DNA from: Anaerolineae bacterium
GTDB taxonomy: Bacteria > Chloroflexota > Anaerolineae > S140-20
Length of the DNA stretch: 43,338 bases
Direction: 5' to 3'
Assembly (NCBI GenBank): GCA_027021705.1
Contig: JALUTT010000071.1
Coordinates: 1 to 43,338, forward strand
The notes under the pieces are model-generated. The model did not search any database. It was given only the letters and a program-made list of their open reading frames with translations, and was not told the DNA's origin. The number at the start of each line of letters is the position of its first letter. The stretch's first letter is position 1. Shown here one piece after another: positions 25,562 through 36,052 of this stretch. A program made the position numbers and the translations under genes.

Positions 25562-28198
25562 CTAGCTTTCATGGGAGGCAGTGGGGGAGGCAGCGGGGGA
25601 GGCAGCGGGGGAGGCAACGGGCAGGGTGAACCGGAAGGTCGCCCCGTGACCGGGTGTGCTCTCCACCCAGATACGCCCGCCGTGGGCCTCCACGGCCAGC
25701 TTGCAGAAGGCCAGACCCAGCCCCGTCCCTCGGGGAGCCCCCTCGTAGCGGACGCGGGTGAACTTCTCGAAGATGCGCGACTGGAAATCGAGGGGGATGC
25801 CGGGCCCGGTGTCGCTGACGCTGACCATCACCATGCCCTCTTTGGCCATCAGGGAGAGCCGTATCGCGCCGCCGACGGCGGTGAACTTGACGGCGTTGTC
25901 CAGCAGGTTGACGAGGACCCGGGTGATCATGTCGGGATCCACGTAGACCGGGGGCAGGTCGGAGGGGATTTCCAGTTCCAGGGACTGGAGCTTGATGTTG
26001 GCCTGGGGGCGGACGAATTCCACTGCCTCGGCCACCAGCTTGTCCAGCGCGATGGAGCGACGCTCCAGGATCGCCTGACCGGTCTCCAACCGGCTGATGT
26101 CCAGGATGGAGCCGATCAACTGGTGCAGCCGGCGTCCGCTTCGCTGGGCGATGCTCAGCAGCTCCTCCGGGGGCACGCTGGGCTCCTCCTCGGCCAGCAC
26201 CTCCCGCAACAACTCCAGGCTGTTCATAATGTTGCCCAAGGGGTTGCGCAGGTCGTGGACGATCATCCGGGCCATATCCTCCTGCATCTTCTGCAGTTCG
26301 ATCTCCGCCGAGATGTCCCGGCCGATCCACTGGAAGAGCACCTGCCCGTCCACCCGCACCTGTTTGACCCGCACCTCGCAGGTCACCCCCTCCACGCCGG
26401 GGGGGAGCTGAGCCTGGAAGACCACCGCCTCGCCCTGCAACGCCTGCTCCAGCGCCTTGGCGAAGGGCTCTCCCAGGGAGGCGATGGGAAAAGCCTGAAA
26501 GCGCTCCTTGGACCAGCCCATCAACTGGAGGGCGCGCCGGTTGGCGTCCACCACCTGTCCATCGGCGTCGGTGATGAAGATGGGATCAGCGTTCTCCTCG
26601 AAGAGGCTCTCGTAGCGGGTCTCGGCGGCGCGGATGCGGGCGAAGAGGCGGGCGTTTTCCACAGCACTGGCTGCCAGGCCGGCCAAGGCGCTCAACAGTT
26701 CCGCCTGGTCCTGAGTGAAGGTCCCTCCGCGCGGGTTCATCGCCTCGATCACCCCCACCGTCTGCCCCTTCAGGACCATCGGCACGCAGAGGATGGTGCG
26801 GGTGGTAAACCCGCTCTGCCGGTCCACCCCCTGGTAGAAGCGGGGGTCCCGGGTGGTATCGTCCACGATGAGGGGCTGACCGGTCTCGGCCACCCAGCCG
26901 GCGATCCCCTGCCCCCGGGAAAGGCGCAGCCCTAGAACGGTCTCCGCCCCCTCACCCGAGGCGGCTGCGAAGATCAGGTCGCCGCTCTCCTCCTCCCGCA
27001 GAGCGATGGAACAGGCATCCACCCCCAGCAGGTCCCGCACCCGATCCATCAGCACCCCCAGGATGCGATCCAAGTCCAGCGTCGAGGTGATGGCCTGGCC
27101 TGTCTCGTTCAGGAAGGCCAGTTCCTGGAGGCGGCGATCGGTCTCCTGGAGGAGGCGGGCGTTGGCCACGGCCATGGCGATGGAATCGGCGAAGGCGGCC
27201 ACCATTTGCGCCTCGTCCTCGCTGTAGAGGTGGGGCGGGCGGCTCGCCACCAGGAGCAGCCCCAGCGTCTCCTGGCGGGCCGTCAGCGGTGCCCCGATGT
27301 AGCTGGGGAGATCATCCCAGCCCGGCAGGGGAAGCCCCCCGGGTGTCGTCCCGCCGTCGGTGAAGATGCGAGGGCGTCCCTCTCGGATCACCTGCCAGGC
27401 CCATCCTGCCTCCTGGCTGTCGAGGTTCAGGCTCTGGGCCTCCGGCGAAGGCTTGAGGCCCCGGCTGGCGGCCATACGCAACCGGCCCTGCTCCATCAGG
27501 AAGACCGCACAGCCCCCGCAGGGAAGGACGCTGGTCATCTGATCGAGGACGGCGTTGAGGGCCTGGCTCAGGTCGGAGGTCGCGTTGATGATGCGGGCGC
27601 TCTGGTGCAGGGCTTCAGCCAGCCGGTGTCGGTGTCGCTCCCGGGCGCGGAGGCGGGCGTTTTCGATGGCGATGGCCGCCTGCCCGGCCACCGTGGTGAG
27701 CAGCGCCAGGTCCTGCTGGCCGAAGTGGCCGGGCCGGTCGGAGACGAGGACCAGGACGCCCACCAGGTGGTCGGAGAGCATCAGCGGCACAGCGATGGTG
27801 GAGCCGTGCCGGTCCCCGGGCAAGGAGAGATCGGCGTGGCGGGGGTCGTGGCGGAAGTCGCTCACCACGATGGGCTGACGGCTGCGCATCACCTGGCTCA
27901 CCAATCCCTCTTCCAGGGTGCGCTCCTTGGCTCCTTCCTGACCCTCCGCAGCCCCCCAGCCGACGAGGGAGAGCCGATGGGTGACTCGCCCGGCCTTGTC
28001 CAGGACGACGAGGTAGCCGTCCACGGCCCCCAGGCTGCGGGCCGTGATCGAGAGCATGCGCTGCAACGTGGTCGAAAGGGCCAGCCCCGCGCTGGCATTC
28101 AGCGCCTCGCTGATGGCGTAGAGAAGGGGCAGGGGCCATTGGGCGTCACGTCGCCCTCTTTCCTGCGTCACGTCTGCGGGCTGTGGGCTTCCGTCCAT
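25562..28198 (-). CDS. Cytoplasmic multi-GAF/PAS sensor histidine kinase
   Basis: Three GAF-like repeats (AIENARL), PAS, H-box VHDLRNPL, NLLDNAVKF, DTGPGI, GTGLGL. Confidence 0.93.
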   Translation of the reverse strand: MDGSPQPADVTQERGRRDAQWPLPLLYAISEALNASAGLALSTTLQRMLSITARSLGAVDGYLVVLDKAGRVTHRLSLVGWGAAEGQEGAKERTLEEGLVSQVMRSRQPIVVSDFRHDPRHADLSLPGDRHGSTIAVPLMLSDHLVGVLVLVSDRPGHFGQQDLALLTTVAGQAAIAIENARLRARERHRHRLAEALHQSARIINATSDLSQALNAVLDQMTSVLPCGGCAVFLMEQGRLRMAASRGLKPSPEAQSLNLDSQEAGWAWQVIREGRPRIFTDGGTTPGGLPLPGWDDLPSYIGAPLTARQETLGLLLVASRPPHLYSEDEAQMVAAFADSIAMAVANARLLQETDRRLQELAFLNETGQAITSTLDLDRILGVLMDRVRDLLGVDACSIALREEESGDLIFAAASGEGAETVLGLRLSRGQGIAGWVAETGQPLIVDDTTRDPRFYQGVDRQSGFTTRTILCVPMVLKGQTVGVIEAMNPRGGTFTQDQAELLSALAGLAASAVENARLFARIRAAETRYESLFEENADPIFITDADGQVVDANRRALQLMGWSKERFQAFPIASLGEPFAKALEQALQGEAVVFQAQLPPGVEGVTCEVRVKQVRVDGQVLFQWIGRDISAEIELQKMQEDMARMIVHDLRNPLGNIMNSLELLREVLAEEEPSVPPEELLSIAQRSGRRLHQLIGSILDISRLETGQAILERRSIALDKLVAEAVEFVRPQANIKLQSLELEIPSDLPPVYVDPDMITRVLVNLLDNAVKFTAVGGAIRLSLMAKEGMVMVSVSDTGPGIPLDFQSRIFEKFTRVRYEGAPRGTGLGLAFCKLAVEAHGGRIWVESTPGHGATFRFTLPVASPAASPAASPTASHES

Positions 28199-28402
28199 CC
28201 TCGCTCAACCGTTTCGGTCTCGTGGGATCCCATCCGCCTTGGAAAAAACGCCCTCAGAAACCTTCTCTGAGGGCGTCGCGCCATCCGTCCCCATCTTTCC
28301 ACCCCCCCCTTGCTCTCCGCGATGGATAGCTGGGACCCCCATCCCCCTTCCTCTTGCTGCTTCCACCGGATGCGTCGTCCGGCGGCAGCCCGACATAGGC
28401 CG

Positions 28403-29539
28403 TCAACGCTCGACGCGCATCGGCATGATCACGTGCAGGAACTCTGTCTCCCCCACCGGGCGGATGACGCCGGGGCTCCGAGGGTTGGTGGTCTCCAGGA
28501 CCACCTCCGGCGTCTCGACGACCGAGAGCACATCCATCAGGTAGCGGACGTTGAAGGCGATCTCGATCTCCGGTCCCTCCACCGTCGCCACCACCTCGCT
28601 GGCGTTGTCCCCCCGCTCGTCGGAGCGGGCCGTTACGATCAGGGAACCCGGCTGAAGCTCTCCGCCGGGGATGATCTTCAGCCAGGCGGTGTTGGCCACG
28701 TCCCGGGCGAAGATGCTGGCCCGCTTGCAGGCTTGCAAGAACGCCTCGGTGTTGACCACGGTCCGGGTCTCGTACTGGGTAGGGATGATCCGCCGGTAGT
28801 CGGGGAACTGCATATCAATGAGCTGGCTGACCAGATCGGCGTTGGTGAGCCGGAAGATCACCTGGCCCCTCGAGGGCGTGACGGTCAACTGGACGGGCTC
28901 CTCCTGATCGGCGAGGATCCGCCCCAACTCGGCCAGAGCCCGGGCCGGGATGAGGATGCTGACCGGCTCGACGACCGGCTGGGGCAATCGGGCGGAGCGG
29001 AGGGAGAGGCGGAAACCATCGGCGGCCACCATCGTCACCTGGTCCCCCTCGAACTCCGTCAACACGCCGGTGAGCATCAACCGGCTCTCGTCCGTCGCCG
29101 CCGCGAAGACGACCTGACGGATCATCTGCGCCAACGCCTCAGGGTCCAGGAGGACCTGGGAGTCCGGCTCCGGCTCTGGGATGATGGGAAACTCCTGGGC
29201 ATCAATCCCTTTGAAGTTGGCCTGAGTACTCCCACAGGTCAACTGGAGGGTTTGGGTACGGACGGAGAGGGTCATCTCCACCGTCTCGGGCGGCAGAGTG
29301 TTCACAAAGTCAATGAAGGTGCGCGCCGGAACGGTGATCGCCCCATCCTCCTCCACTTTGGCTCCGATCCAGCAGTTGATGCTGGTCTCCAAGTTGGTGG
29401 CCGCGAGCTTGAGGCGGCCCTGATCGGTGCTGAGCAGGATGTAGGAGAGCACGGGCAGGGCTGTGCTCCGGCTGGCCACGGCACGCCCCACGATGCTCAG
29501 CCCTCTGGCCAGGTTCTCTTGCAGACAGGAGACTCTCAT
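28403..29539 (-). CDS. dnaN: DNA polymerase III beta clamp
   Basis: ATNLE, VPAR, LTGV, DGFRL, FPDY, AFN...YL, C-terminal VIMPM. Confidence 0.96.
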   Translation of the reverse strand: MRVSCLQENLARGLSIVGRAVASRSTALPVLSYILLSTDQGRLKLAATNLETSINCWIGAKVEEDGAITVPARTFIDFVNTLPPETVEMTLSVRTQTLQLTCGSTQANFKGIDAQEFPIIPEPEPDSQVLLDPEALAQMIRQVVFAAATDESRLMLTGVLTEFEGDQVTMVAADGFRLSLRSARLPQPVVEPVSILIPARALAELGRILADQEEPVQLTVTPSRGQVIFRLTNADLVSQLIDMQFPDYRRIIPTQYETRTVVNTEAFLQACKRASIFARDVANTAWLKIIPGGELQPGSLIVTARSDERGDNASEVVATVEGPEIEIAFNVRYLMDVLSVVETPEVVLETTNPRSPGVIRPVGETEFLHVIMPMRVER

Positions 29540-29582
29540 GCAGGAAACCTCCCGGTTCGTCCTATCGTATCAATCCCCGCGT

Positions 29583-29702
29583 GTATCTATTCAGCCTACC
29601 CTCCCGTAGGTCACCGGTCGAAGGCGCTTTCAGCCCCGATGGGCTATCTGAAGCACGGTTCCGCGTCGGAAACGCGCCTAACCTGCGGGAGGGTGAACAG
29701 TT
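29583..29702. repeat. Dispersed IR-bounded element, copy B
   Basis: ACCCTCCCGTAGGT (29598) ... ACCTGCGGGAGGGT (29694); inverted relative to copy A. Confidence 0.85.
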
Positions 29703-29750
29703 ACCCTCGCGTTTCAAATATAGCATCAGTCGGCGAATTTGGCAAGTCGC

Positions 29751-30602
29751 TCAAACAGGAAAGAAGTTCACCCCCACCATCCCCGGCCCAGTATGGACGC
29801 CCAGGGCTGGGGAGAGCTCGCTGACGATCTCCTCGACGCAGATGAACTTCTCACCCACCATCGCCAGCAGCCGACGGGCCTCCTCGGGGGCCGCCACGTG
29901 GGTGACGGCGATTTTGATGCGGCTCCCAAAGGGAACCCGCTCCCCCATCAACCGGATCATCTGCCGATACGCTCCCAGGCGGCTGCGGGCTCGCCCCAGC
30001 GGGACGATGACCCCATCCTCCATCCCGATGAGGGGCTTGACGTTCATGAGGGAACCGACCAGGTGCTGCGCCCGACCGATGCGTCCACCCAGGTAGAGGT
30101 AGCGCAACGTATCCGCCGTCTGGATCATCGTCCCCTTGGCCGCTACCTCACGGGCGACCTGGGCGACCTTCTCCAGGGAGGCATTGGCCAGGGCCGCCCG
30201 CGCCGCCTCGATGGCCGCCCAACCGTGCACCATCGCCACCTGAAGGGTGTCCACCACCTCAATCCGCAGTTCCGGGAGCCGCTCCTGAGCCATCTCCCGG
30301 GCGACCAAGGCCGCCTGATAGGCCCCGCTCCCCTTGGAGGTCATATGGACGGTGACGATCTCTCGGGTTCGTTGGGCAACCCGCTTGAAGGCTGCCAGGT
30401 AGTCCCCGGGACCGGGATTGGCCGTCTTGGGCAACTGCTTCGCCTTCGGCAGCCACTCGAAGAACTCCCGTCGGCCCACATCCACCAGGTCTCGCAACGT
30501 CTCCGTTCCCTTGTGGATGTAGTAGGGGACGACCTCGATCTTCAACTTGCGGACCAGCGCTTCAGGGATGCTGGCACAACTGTCCGTGATCACCTGGACC
30601 AT
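29751..30602 (-). CDS. DegV-family fatty-acid-binding protein
   Basis: VITDS, PKTANP, SGAYQAA, VVDT, LYLGGRIG, KPLI, LGVHTGPG. Confidence 0.93.
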   Translation of the reverse strand: MVQVITDSCASIPEALVRKLKIEVVPYYIHKGTETLRDLVDVGRREFFEWLPKAKQLPKTANPGPGDYLAAFKRVAQRTREIVTVHMTSKGSGAYQAALVAREMAQERLPELRIEVVDTLQVAMVHGWAAIEAARAALANASLEKVAQVAREVAAKGTMIQTADTLRYLYLGGRIGRAQHLVGSLMNVKPLIGMEDGVIVPLGRARSRLGAYRQMIRLMGERVPFGSRIKIAVTHVAAPEEARRLLAMVGEKFICVEEIVSELSPALGVHTGPGMVGVNFFPV

Positions 30603-30693
30603 AGGGCCCTCCTCGGCAGAGCTGTCAGACGGCAAAGTGGGATTCTGGAGCAGATTATAGCCCAAGCTCGAAGAGTTGTCCAGAACTTCCCGC

Positions 30694-32857
30694 ACCCTCC
30701 CGCAGGTCACAAGGTGCTCGGCAATGGCAACGGCTTACCGGCAGCGGCCTACGACGCGCTTTAGGCTGTGGGGAGAACCTGCGGGAGGGTCAGTTTCCCC
30801 CTCTTCACCCTCCCGCAGGTCACAAGGTGCTCGGCAATGGCAACGGCTTATCGGCAGCAGCCTACAGCACCCTCCCGCAGGTCCCAAGGTGCCCGGCGAT
30901 GGCAACGGCTTACCGGCAGCGGCCTACAACGCGCTTTAGGCCGTGGGGAGAACCTGCGGGAGGGTTCCCCCGGCGATGGCAACGGCTTACCGGCGCGGCC
31001 TACGACGCGCTTTAGGCTGTGGGAAGGACCTGCGGGAGGGTTCCCCCGGCGATGGCAACGGCTGACCGGCAGCGGCCTACGACGCGCTTTGGGCCGTGGG
31101 AAGGACCTGCGGGAGGGTTCCCCCTCTTCACCCTCCCGCAGGTCCCAAGGTGCTCGGCAATGGCAACGGCTTATCGGCAGCAGCCTACAGCACCCTCCCG
31201 CAGGTCCCAAGGTGCCCGACGATGGCAACGGCTTACCGGCAGCGGCCTACAACGCGCTTTAGGCCGTGGGGAGAACCTGCGGGAGGGTTCCCCCGGCGAT
31301 GGCAACGGCTTACCGGCGCGGCCTACGACGCGCTTTGGGCCGTAGGAAGGACCTGCGGGAGGGTTCCCCCTCTTCACCCTCCCGCAGGTCACAAGGTGCT
31401 CGGCAATGGCAACGGCTTACCGGCAGCAGCCTACAGCACCCTCCCGCAGGTCCCAAGGTGCCCGACGATGGCAACGGCTTACCGGCAGCGGCCTACAACG
31501 CGCTTTAGGCCGTGGGGAGAACCTGCGGGAGGGTTCCCCCGGCAATGGCAACGGCTTACCGGCAGCGGCCTACGACGCGCTTTAGGCCGTGGGGAGAACC
31601 TGCGGGAGGGTTCCCCCTCTTCACCCTCCCGCAGGTCACAAGGTGCTCGGCAATGGCAACGGCTTATCGGCAGCAGCCTACAGCACCCTCCCGCAGGTCC
31701 CAAGGTGCTCGGCAATGGCAACGGCTTACCGGCAGCGGCCTACGACGCGCTTTAGGCTGTGGGAAGGACCTGCGGGAGGGTTCTGACCCTCCCGCAGGTC
31801 CCAAGGTGCTCGGCAATGGCAACGGCTTACCGGCGCGGCCTACGACGCGCTTTGGGCCGTGGGAAGGACCTGCGGGAGGGTTCCCCCTCTTCACCCTCCC
31901 GCAGGTCACAAGGTGCTCGGCAATGGCAACGGCTTACCGGCGCGGCCTACAGCACCCTCCCGCAGGTCCCAAGGTGCCCGACGATGGCAACGGCTTACCG
32001 GCAGCGGCCTACAACGCGCTTTAGGCCGTGGGGAGAACCTGCGGGAGGGTTCCCCCGGCGATGGCAACGGCTGACCGGCAGCGGCCTACAACGCGCTTTG
32101 GGCCGTGGGAAGGACCTGCGGGAGGGTTCCCCCTCTTCACCCTCCCGCAGGTCCCAAGGTGCCCGGCAATGGCAACGGCTTACCGGCAGCGGCCTACGAC
32201 GCGCTTTAGGCCGTGGGGAGAACCTGCGGGAGGGTTCCCCCTCTTCACCCTCCCGCAGGTCCCAAGGTGCTCGGCAATGGCAACGGCTTATCGGCAGCAG
32301 CCTACAGCACCCTCCCGCAGGTCCCAAGGTGCCCGACGATGGCAACGGCTTACCGGCAGCGGCCTACAACGCGCTTTAGGCCGTGGGGAGAACCTGCGGG
32401 AGGGTTCCCCCTCTTCACCCTCCCGCAGGTCACAAGGTGCCCGGCAATGGCAACGGCTTACCGGCGCGGCCTACGACGCGCTTTAGGCTGTGGGAAGGAC
32501 CTGCGGGAGGGTTCCCCCTCTTCACCCTCCCGCAGGTCCCAAGGTGCTCGGCAATGGCAACGGCTGACCGGCAGCGGCCTACGACGCGCTTTGGGCCGTG
32601 GGAAGGACCTGCGGGAGGGTTCCCCCTCTTCACCCTCCCGCAGGTCCCAAGGTGCTCGGCAATGGCAACGGCTGACCGGCAGCAGCCTACAGCACCCTCC
32701 CGCAGGTCCCAAGGTGCCCGGCGATGGCAACGGCTTACCGGCAGCGGCCTACAGCACCCTCCCGCAGGTCCCAAGGTGCCCGGCAATGGCAACGGCTTAC
32801 CGGCAGCGGCCTACGACGCGCTTTAGGCCGTGGGGAGAACCTGCGGGAGGGTTCCCC
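30694..32857. repeat. 2.16-kb mosaic tandem array of palindromic modules (about 25 cores; periods ~62, ~77 and ~108 bp)
   Basis: Core ATGGCAACGGCT(T/G)A(C/T)CGGC recurs about 25 times, combined with ACCCTCCCGCAGGT and/or ACCTGCGGGAGGGT; no unique spacers. Confidence 0.95.
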
Positions 32858-32877
32858 AAAAAGCCCTAGCCAGCGCC

Positions 32878-32906
32878 TTGACCTTCTTCCCCAACCAGAG
32901 TAGAAT
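32878..32906 (+). promoter_or_regulatory. sigma70 promoter of asnS
   Basis: TTGACC-17 nt-TAGAAT. Confidence 0.75.
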
Positions 32907-32954
32907 GAGGGCATACAGCCGGCAACCAGACCATTGGATCAGGAGTCATCCCTT

Positions 32955-34295
32955 ATGTCTCCAGGACTGATACGCATCGAAGAAATCGCAGCCTACGAAG
33001 GCCAGGAAGTCACCATCCGGGGTTGGCTCTACAGCCGCACGGATAAAGGGCGCCTCCAGTTCCTGCGCCTCCGGGACGGCACCGGTATGGTCCAGGCCGT
33101 CGTCTTCAAGAAGGACGTCCCGCCTGATGTCTTCCGGGCTGCCCGGTCGCTCACCCAGGAGTCCTCCCTCATCGTCAGCGGTGTGGTGCGGGCCGATCAA
33201 CGAGCCCCTGGCATCCCCGGCGGCTACGAGATCGGCGTCACCGATCTCCAGGTGGTCCAACGGGCCGAGGAGTACCCCATCCAACTCAAGGAACACGGTC
33301 CCGACTTCCTGCTGGATCACCGCCACCTCTGGATCCGCTCCCCCCGCCAGTGGGCGATCCTGCGGGTGCGGGCCACGGTCATCCGGGCCATCCGAGACTG
33401 GCTGGATGATCACGGTTTCGTCAACCTAGACACGCCCATCCTAACGCCGGCTGCTTGCGAAGGGACGACGACCCTCTTCGAGACCGACTACTTCGGTGAG
33501 CCGGCCTACCTGACCCAGAGCGGCCAACTCTACAACGAAGCGACCATCGCCGCTTTCGGTCGGGTCTACTGCTTCGGCCCCACCTTCCGGGCCGAGAAGT
33601 CGAAGACCCGCCGCCACCTCACCGAGTTCTGGATGGTGGAACCCGAGATCGCCTACTGCGACCTGGACGAACTGATGGAGATCGAGGAGCAATTCGTCAG
33701 CTACATCGTCCAGAGAACGCTGCGGGAGCGGGCCGCAGAACTGAAGCTGCTGGGACGGGACACGACACCGCTGGAGCGGGTGGTTCCCCCCTTCCCCCGC
33801 ATCTCCTACGATGAGGCGCTAGAGTTGCTGGCCCAGATCCGCGAGGAGACCGAGGACGAGACGCTCCGGGCAATGCTGGAAATCGAGTGGGGAGATGACT
33901 TCGGCTCCCCCCACGAAACAGAACTGGCCCGGCGGTTCGACCGGCCCGTCTTCGTCTACGGCTATCCCACCCAGGCCAAGGCGTTCTACATGGAACCCTG
34001 GCCGGGCCGTCCCGAGGTCTCCAAGAGCGTGGACCTGCTGGCTCCCGAGGGATATGGTGAGATCACCGGCGGCAGCGAGCGGATCAGCGACCTGAAGCTG
34101 TTGGAAGAGCGTCTGGTGGAGCACAACCTGCCCCGCGAGGCCTTCGAGTGGTACCTGGACCTGCGCCGCTACGGCAGCGTGCCCCACAGTGGCTTTGGTT
34201 TGGGTGTAGAGCGCACGGTAGCCTGGATTTGCGGCATTGAGCACGTGCGGGAGACCATCCCCTTCCCGCGGATGCTCAAGCGAGCCTACCCATAG
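32955..34295 (+). CDS. asnS: Asparagine--tRNA ligase
   Basis: OB fold (LRDGTG...Q), [51 protein letters not shown]. Confidence 0.96.
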   Translation: MSPGLIRIEEIAAYEGQEVTIRGWLYSRTDKGRLQFLRLRDGTGMVQAVVFKKDVPPDVFRAARSLTQESSLIVSGVVRADQRAPGIPGGYEIGVTDLQVVQRAEEYPIQLKEHGPDFLLDHRHLWIRSPRQWAILRVRATVIRAIRDWLDDHGFVNLDTPILTPAACEGTTTLFETDYFGEPAYLTQSGQLYNEATIAAFGRVYCFGPTFRAEKSKTRRHLTEFWMVEPEIAYCDLDELMEIEEQFVSYIVQRTLRERAAELKLLGRDTTPLERVVPPFPRISYDEALELLAQIREETEDETLRAMLEIEWGDDFGSPHETELARRFDRPVFVYGYPTQAKAFYMEPWPGRPEVSKSVDLLAPEGYGEITGGSERISDLKLLEERLVEHNLPREAFEWYLDLRRYGSVPHSGFGLGVERTVAWICGIEHVRETIPFPRMLKRAYP

Positions 34296-34306
34296 CGACG
34301 TTTCCG

Positions 34307-34522
34307 ATGCTACGTACAGCCTTGTTTCTCCTCCTCATCACCTTAATCGTCTGGTTCCTGCTCTGGACCTGGGAGATGGGGGATCCGGGTAAGGCCCTGC
34401 GGGCCATGGTGGACACCATCGTCCGGGCTATCCAGAAGGTGGGCAACGCCATTCGTCGTCCCATGTACCGCATCCTGCGCCGATTGCCGGGAATGGCGCT
34501 CTGGATGCCGGTGGGCCAGTAG
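34307..34522 (+). CDS. Small hypothetical membrane protein
   Basis: N-terminal hydrophobic helix then amphipathic segment; directly after asnS. Confidence 0.5.
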   Translation: MLRTALFLLLITLIVWFLLWTWEMGDPGKALRAMVDTIVRAIQKVGNAIRRPMYRILRRLPGMALWMPVGQ

Positions 34523-34711
34523 GGGTCATCGTCTGGGGACTTCTGCCGCAAACCCGGCCTGGATACCTATGTCCGGGCCGGGGGAGCAAAGTCTTCAGGA
34601 CCGCCCCCCCAGCCGGGCGGTTCGGCCCGGTGGGCGGCCGGGAAGATGGCAAGACGTCGGCAGAGGGCACCGGGCTGCACCCCTCGCAAAGCAGTCAGGG
34701 AGAATCGGGTT

Positions 34712-35215
34712 ATGAAAGGACGGGAAAGGCGCGGTGACTGGGGGATGGGTGTGTGGCGGGCCATCGTCCTGCTGATCACCCTCCTCCTCCTCCGAGGCTA
34801 CGTCGCCCTGGAGGATTGGGTGTTGGCCCAGATGGCAGGAGCACTGGAGCGAGACTTGCTGCTGGAGACGATCCCGTTGGTCCTGCCGGGGCTGGCCGGC
34901 GCGGTCCTCTACCTGGGACTGCTGCCCCAGCCGCTCCGGTTCGGGTCCTTCCGCTTCAGCAGCGCCACCTTCGTCTTCCTGGGCTTGTTGCCGACTTACC
35001 TGGCATTGGGGCGGTTCCTGGGGCTGGCCCTGGGACTGCCGATGTGGGCTGTGGGAGGCAGCCAGGCTCCCCGTCTAGCTGCCCTATGGGCGCTGATCGC
35101 CGGCGCGGGGCTGGTCGCTTCGTTCATCCGGCCCATCCCCGTTCCCCCGGCCCAACCCACTTCCCAGCGGCAGGGTTACACAATTCAACAACAGCGGGCC
35201 TCAGGCCGGGATTGA
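34712..35215 (+). CDS. Hypothetical membrane protein (start uncertain)
   Basis: About 4 hydrophobic segments; co-oriented with neighbours. Confidence 0.55.
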   Translation: MKGRERRGDWGMGVWRAIVLLITLLLLRGYVALEDWVLAQMAGALERDLLLETIPLVLPGLAGAVLYLGLLPQPLRFGSFRFSSATFVFLGLLPTYLALGRFLGLALGLPMWAVGGSQAPRLAALWALIAGAGLVASFIRPIPVPPAQPTSQRQGYTIQQQRASGRD

Positions 35216-35239
35216 GGCCAGGTCGGCCCACCCTAATGG

Positions 35240-36052
35240 GTGGCGACGCGATCCGTGGAACAACCCCACACCTTACGAGCGATGAACCCTGATCCGGTCG
35301 GCCTGGCCGCCGCGCGAGAGCGTGTGCGTCGCTGGATCTCGCTGCGAGACCCGGGCGAAGCTGCTGCCGTCTACTACGCCCTCTACCATCCACCGCAGCG
35401 TACCCAACTCTTCCTCCATCACGATGCCTCCGGCTTCGTGGATGGCTTCCTGGCTGTCTGCCAAACGGGACGGGACCTCTTCCGACCCGTGGTCGTCCTG
35501 CGGGCTGCAGAACCCTCCATCGCCGTAACCTTGTTGCAGGCGGGGTTGGTCCCCGGTCGCCCTTACATCATTCAGACCACCTCGCGTCTGGCCTCCACCC
35601 TGGAGGTGGTCCTGGAGGTGAACGTGGAGCGCCGGGGCGTCATCTTCGCCCTGGACCCCACCGCCTTCCGTCCCCTGCCCAACGTCTTGGTACAGCCGGC
35701 CCCCGGCCCCGACCGCGAGCGCTGGCGCTTCGTCATCCGCTCCCAGGGGCGGGTGGCCGCCGAGGCCGGCATCAACTGGCGCTCCCCCTTCTTCGCCGAA
35801 CTCTACGTCTGGGTGCACCCCCAGGCCCGAGGGCGGGGGTGGGGGCGGGCGGTCCTCTCCGCCTGCACCGCCTCCCTCCTGGAAAGCCAGGTGCTGCCCC
35901 TCTACGTCGCCGAAGAGAGCAACGAGGCCGGCATCCGCCTGGCCGAGACGGTGGGCTACCGGGATACGGGCCGGCGCGAGGTCGAGGTGGAAGGGGTCTG
36001 CCGCCGCCGCACCCCCCAGATCGTCCGGCACAAGGAGGTCACCGATGCCTGA
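35240..36052 (+). CDS. GNAT-family N-acetyltransferase
   Basis: VHPQARGRGWGR acetyl-CoA motif, NEAGIRLAETVGY. Confidence 0.85.
   Translation: MATRSVEQPHTLRAMNPDPVGLAAARERVRRWISLRDPGEAAAVYYALYHPPQRTQLFLHHDASGFVDGFLAVCQTGRDLFRPVVVLRAAEPSIAVTLLQAGLVPGRPYIIQTTSRLASTLEVVLEVNVERRGVIFALDPTAFRPLPNVLVQPAPGPDRERWRFVIRSQGRVAAEAGINWRSPFFAELYVWVHPQARGRGWGRAVLSACTASLLESQVLPLYVAEESNEAGIRLAETVGYRDTGRREVEVEGVCRRRTPQIVRHKEVTDA

Noticed and set aside
25572..25620. 12-bp repeat as a poly-proline N-terminus of AlaX or a contingency locus
   Set aside because: It encodes the in-frame ASPA tail of the kinase; AlaX homology starts at METQRLY (25551), and a 12-bp unit would not shift frame
30694..32857. CRISPR array
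   Set aside because: Sequences between the palindromes are near-identical copies rather than unique spacers, periods vary among three classes, and no cas genes are in the window
30676..32869. Many overlapping ORFs (MGRTCGRV..., MATAYRQRP...) as a repeat protein
   Set aside because: Unit lengths of 62 and 77 bp break frame, stops recur, and there is no RBS; these are by-products of the DNA repeat
28200..32930. Replication origin next to dnaN
   Set aside because: No dnaA, no cluster of TTATCCACA boxes and no AT-rich unwinding element seen; the array is GC-rich
32860..32955. T-box or attenuator upstream of asnS
   Set aside because: The promoter is only about 50 nt from the start codon, leaving no room or motif
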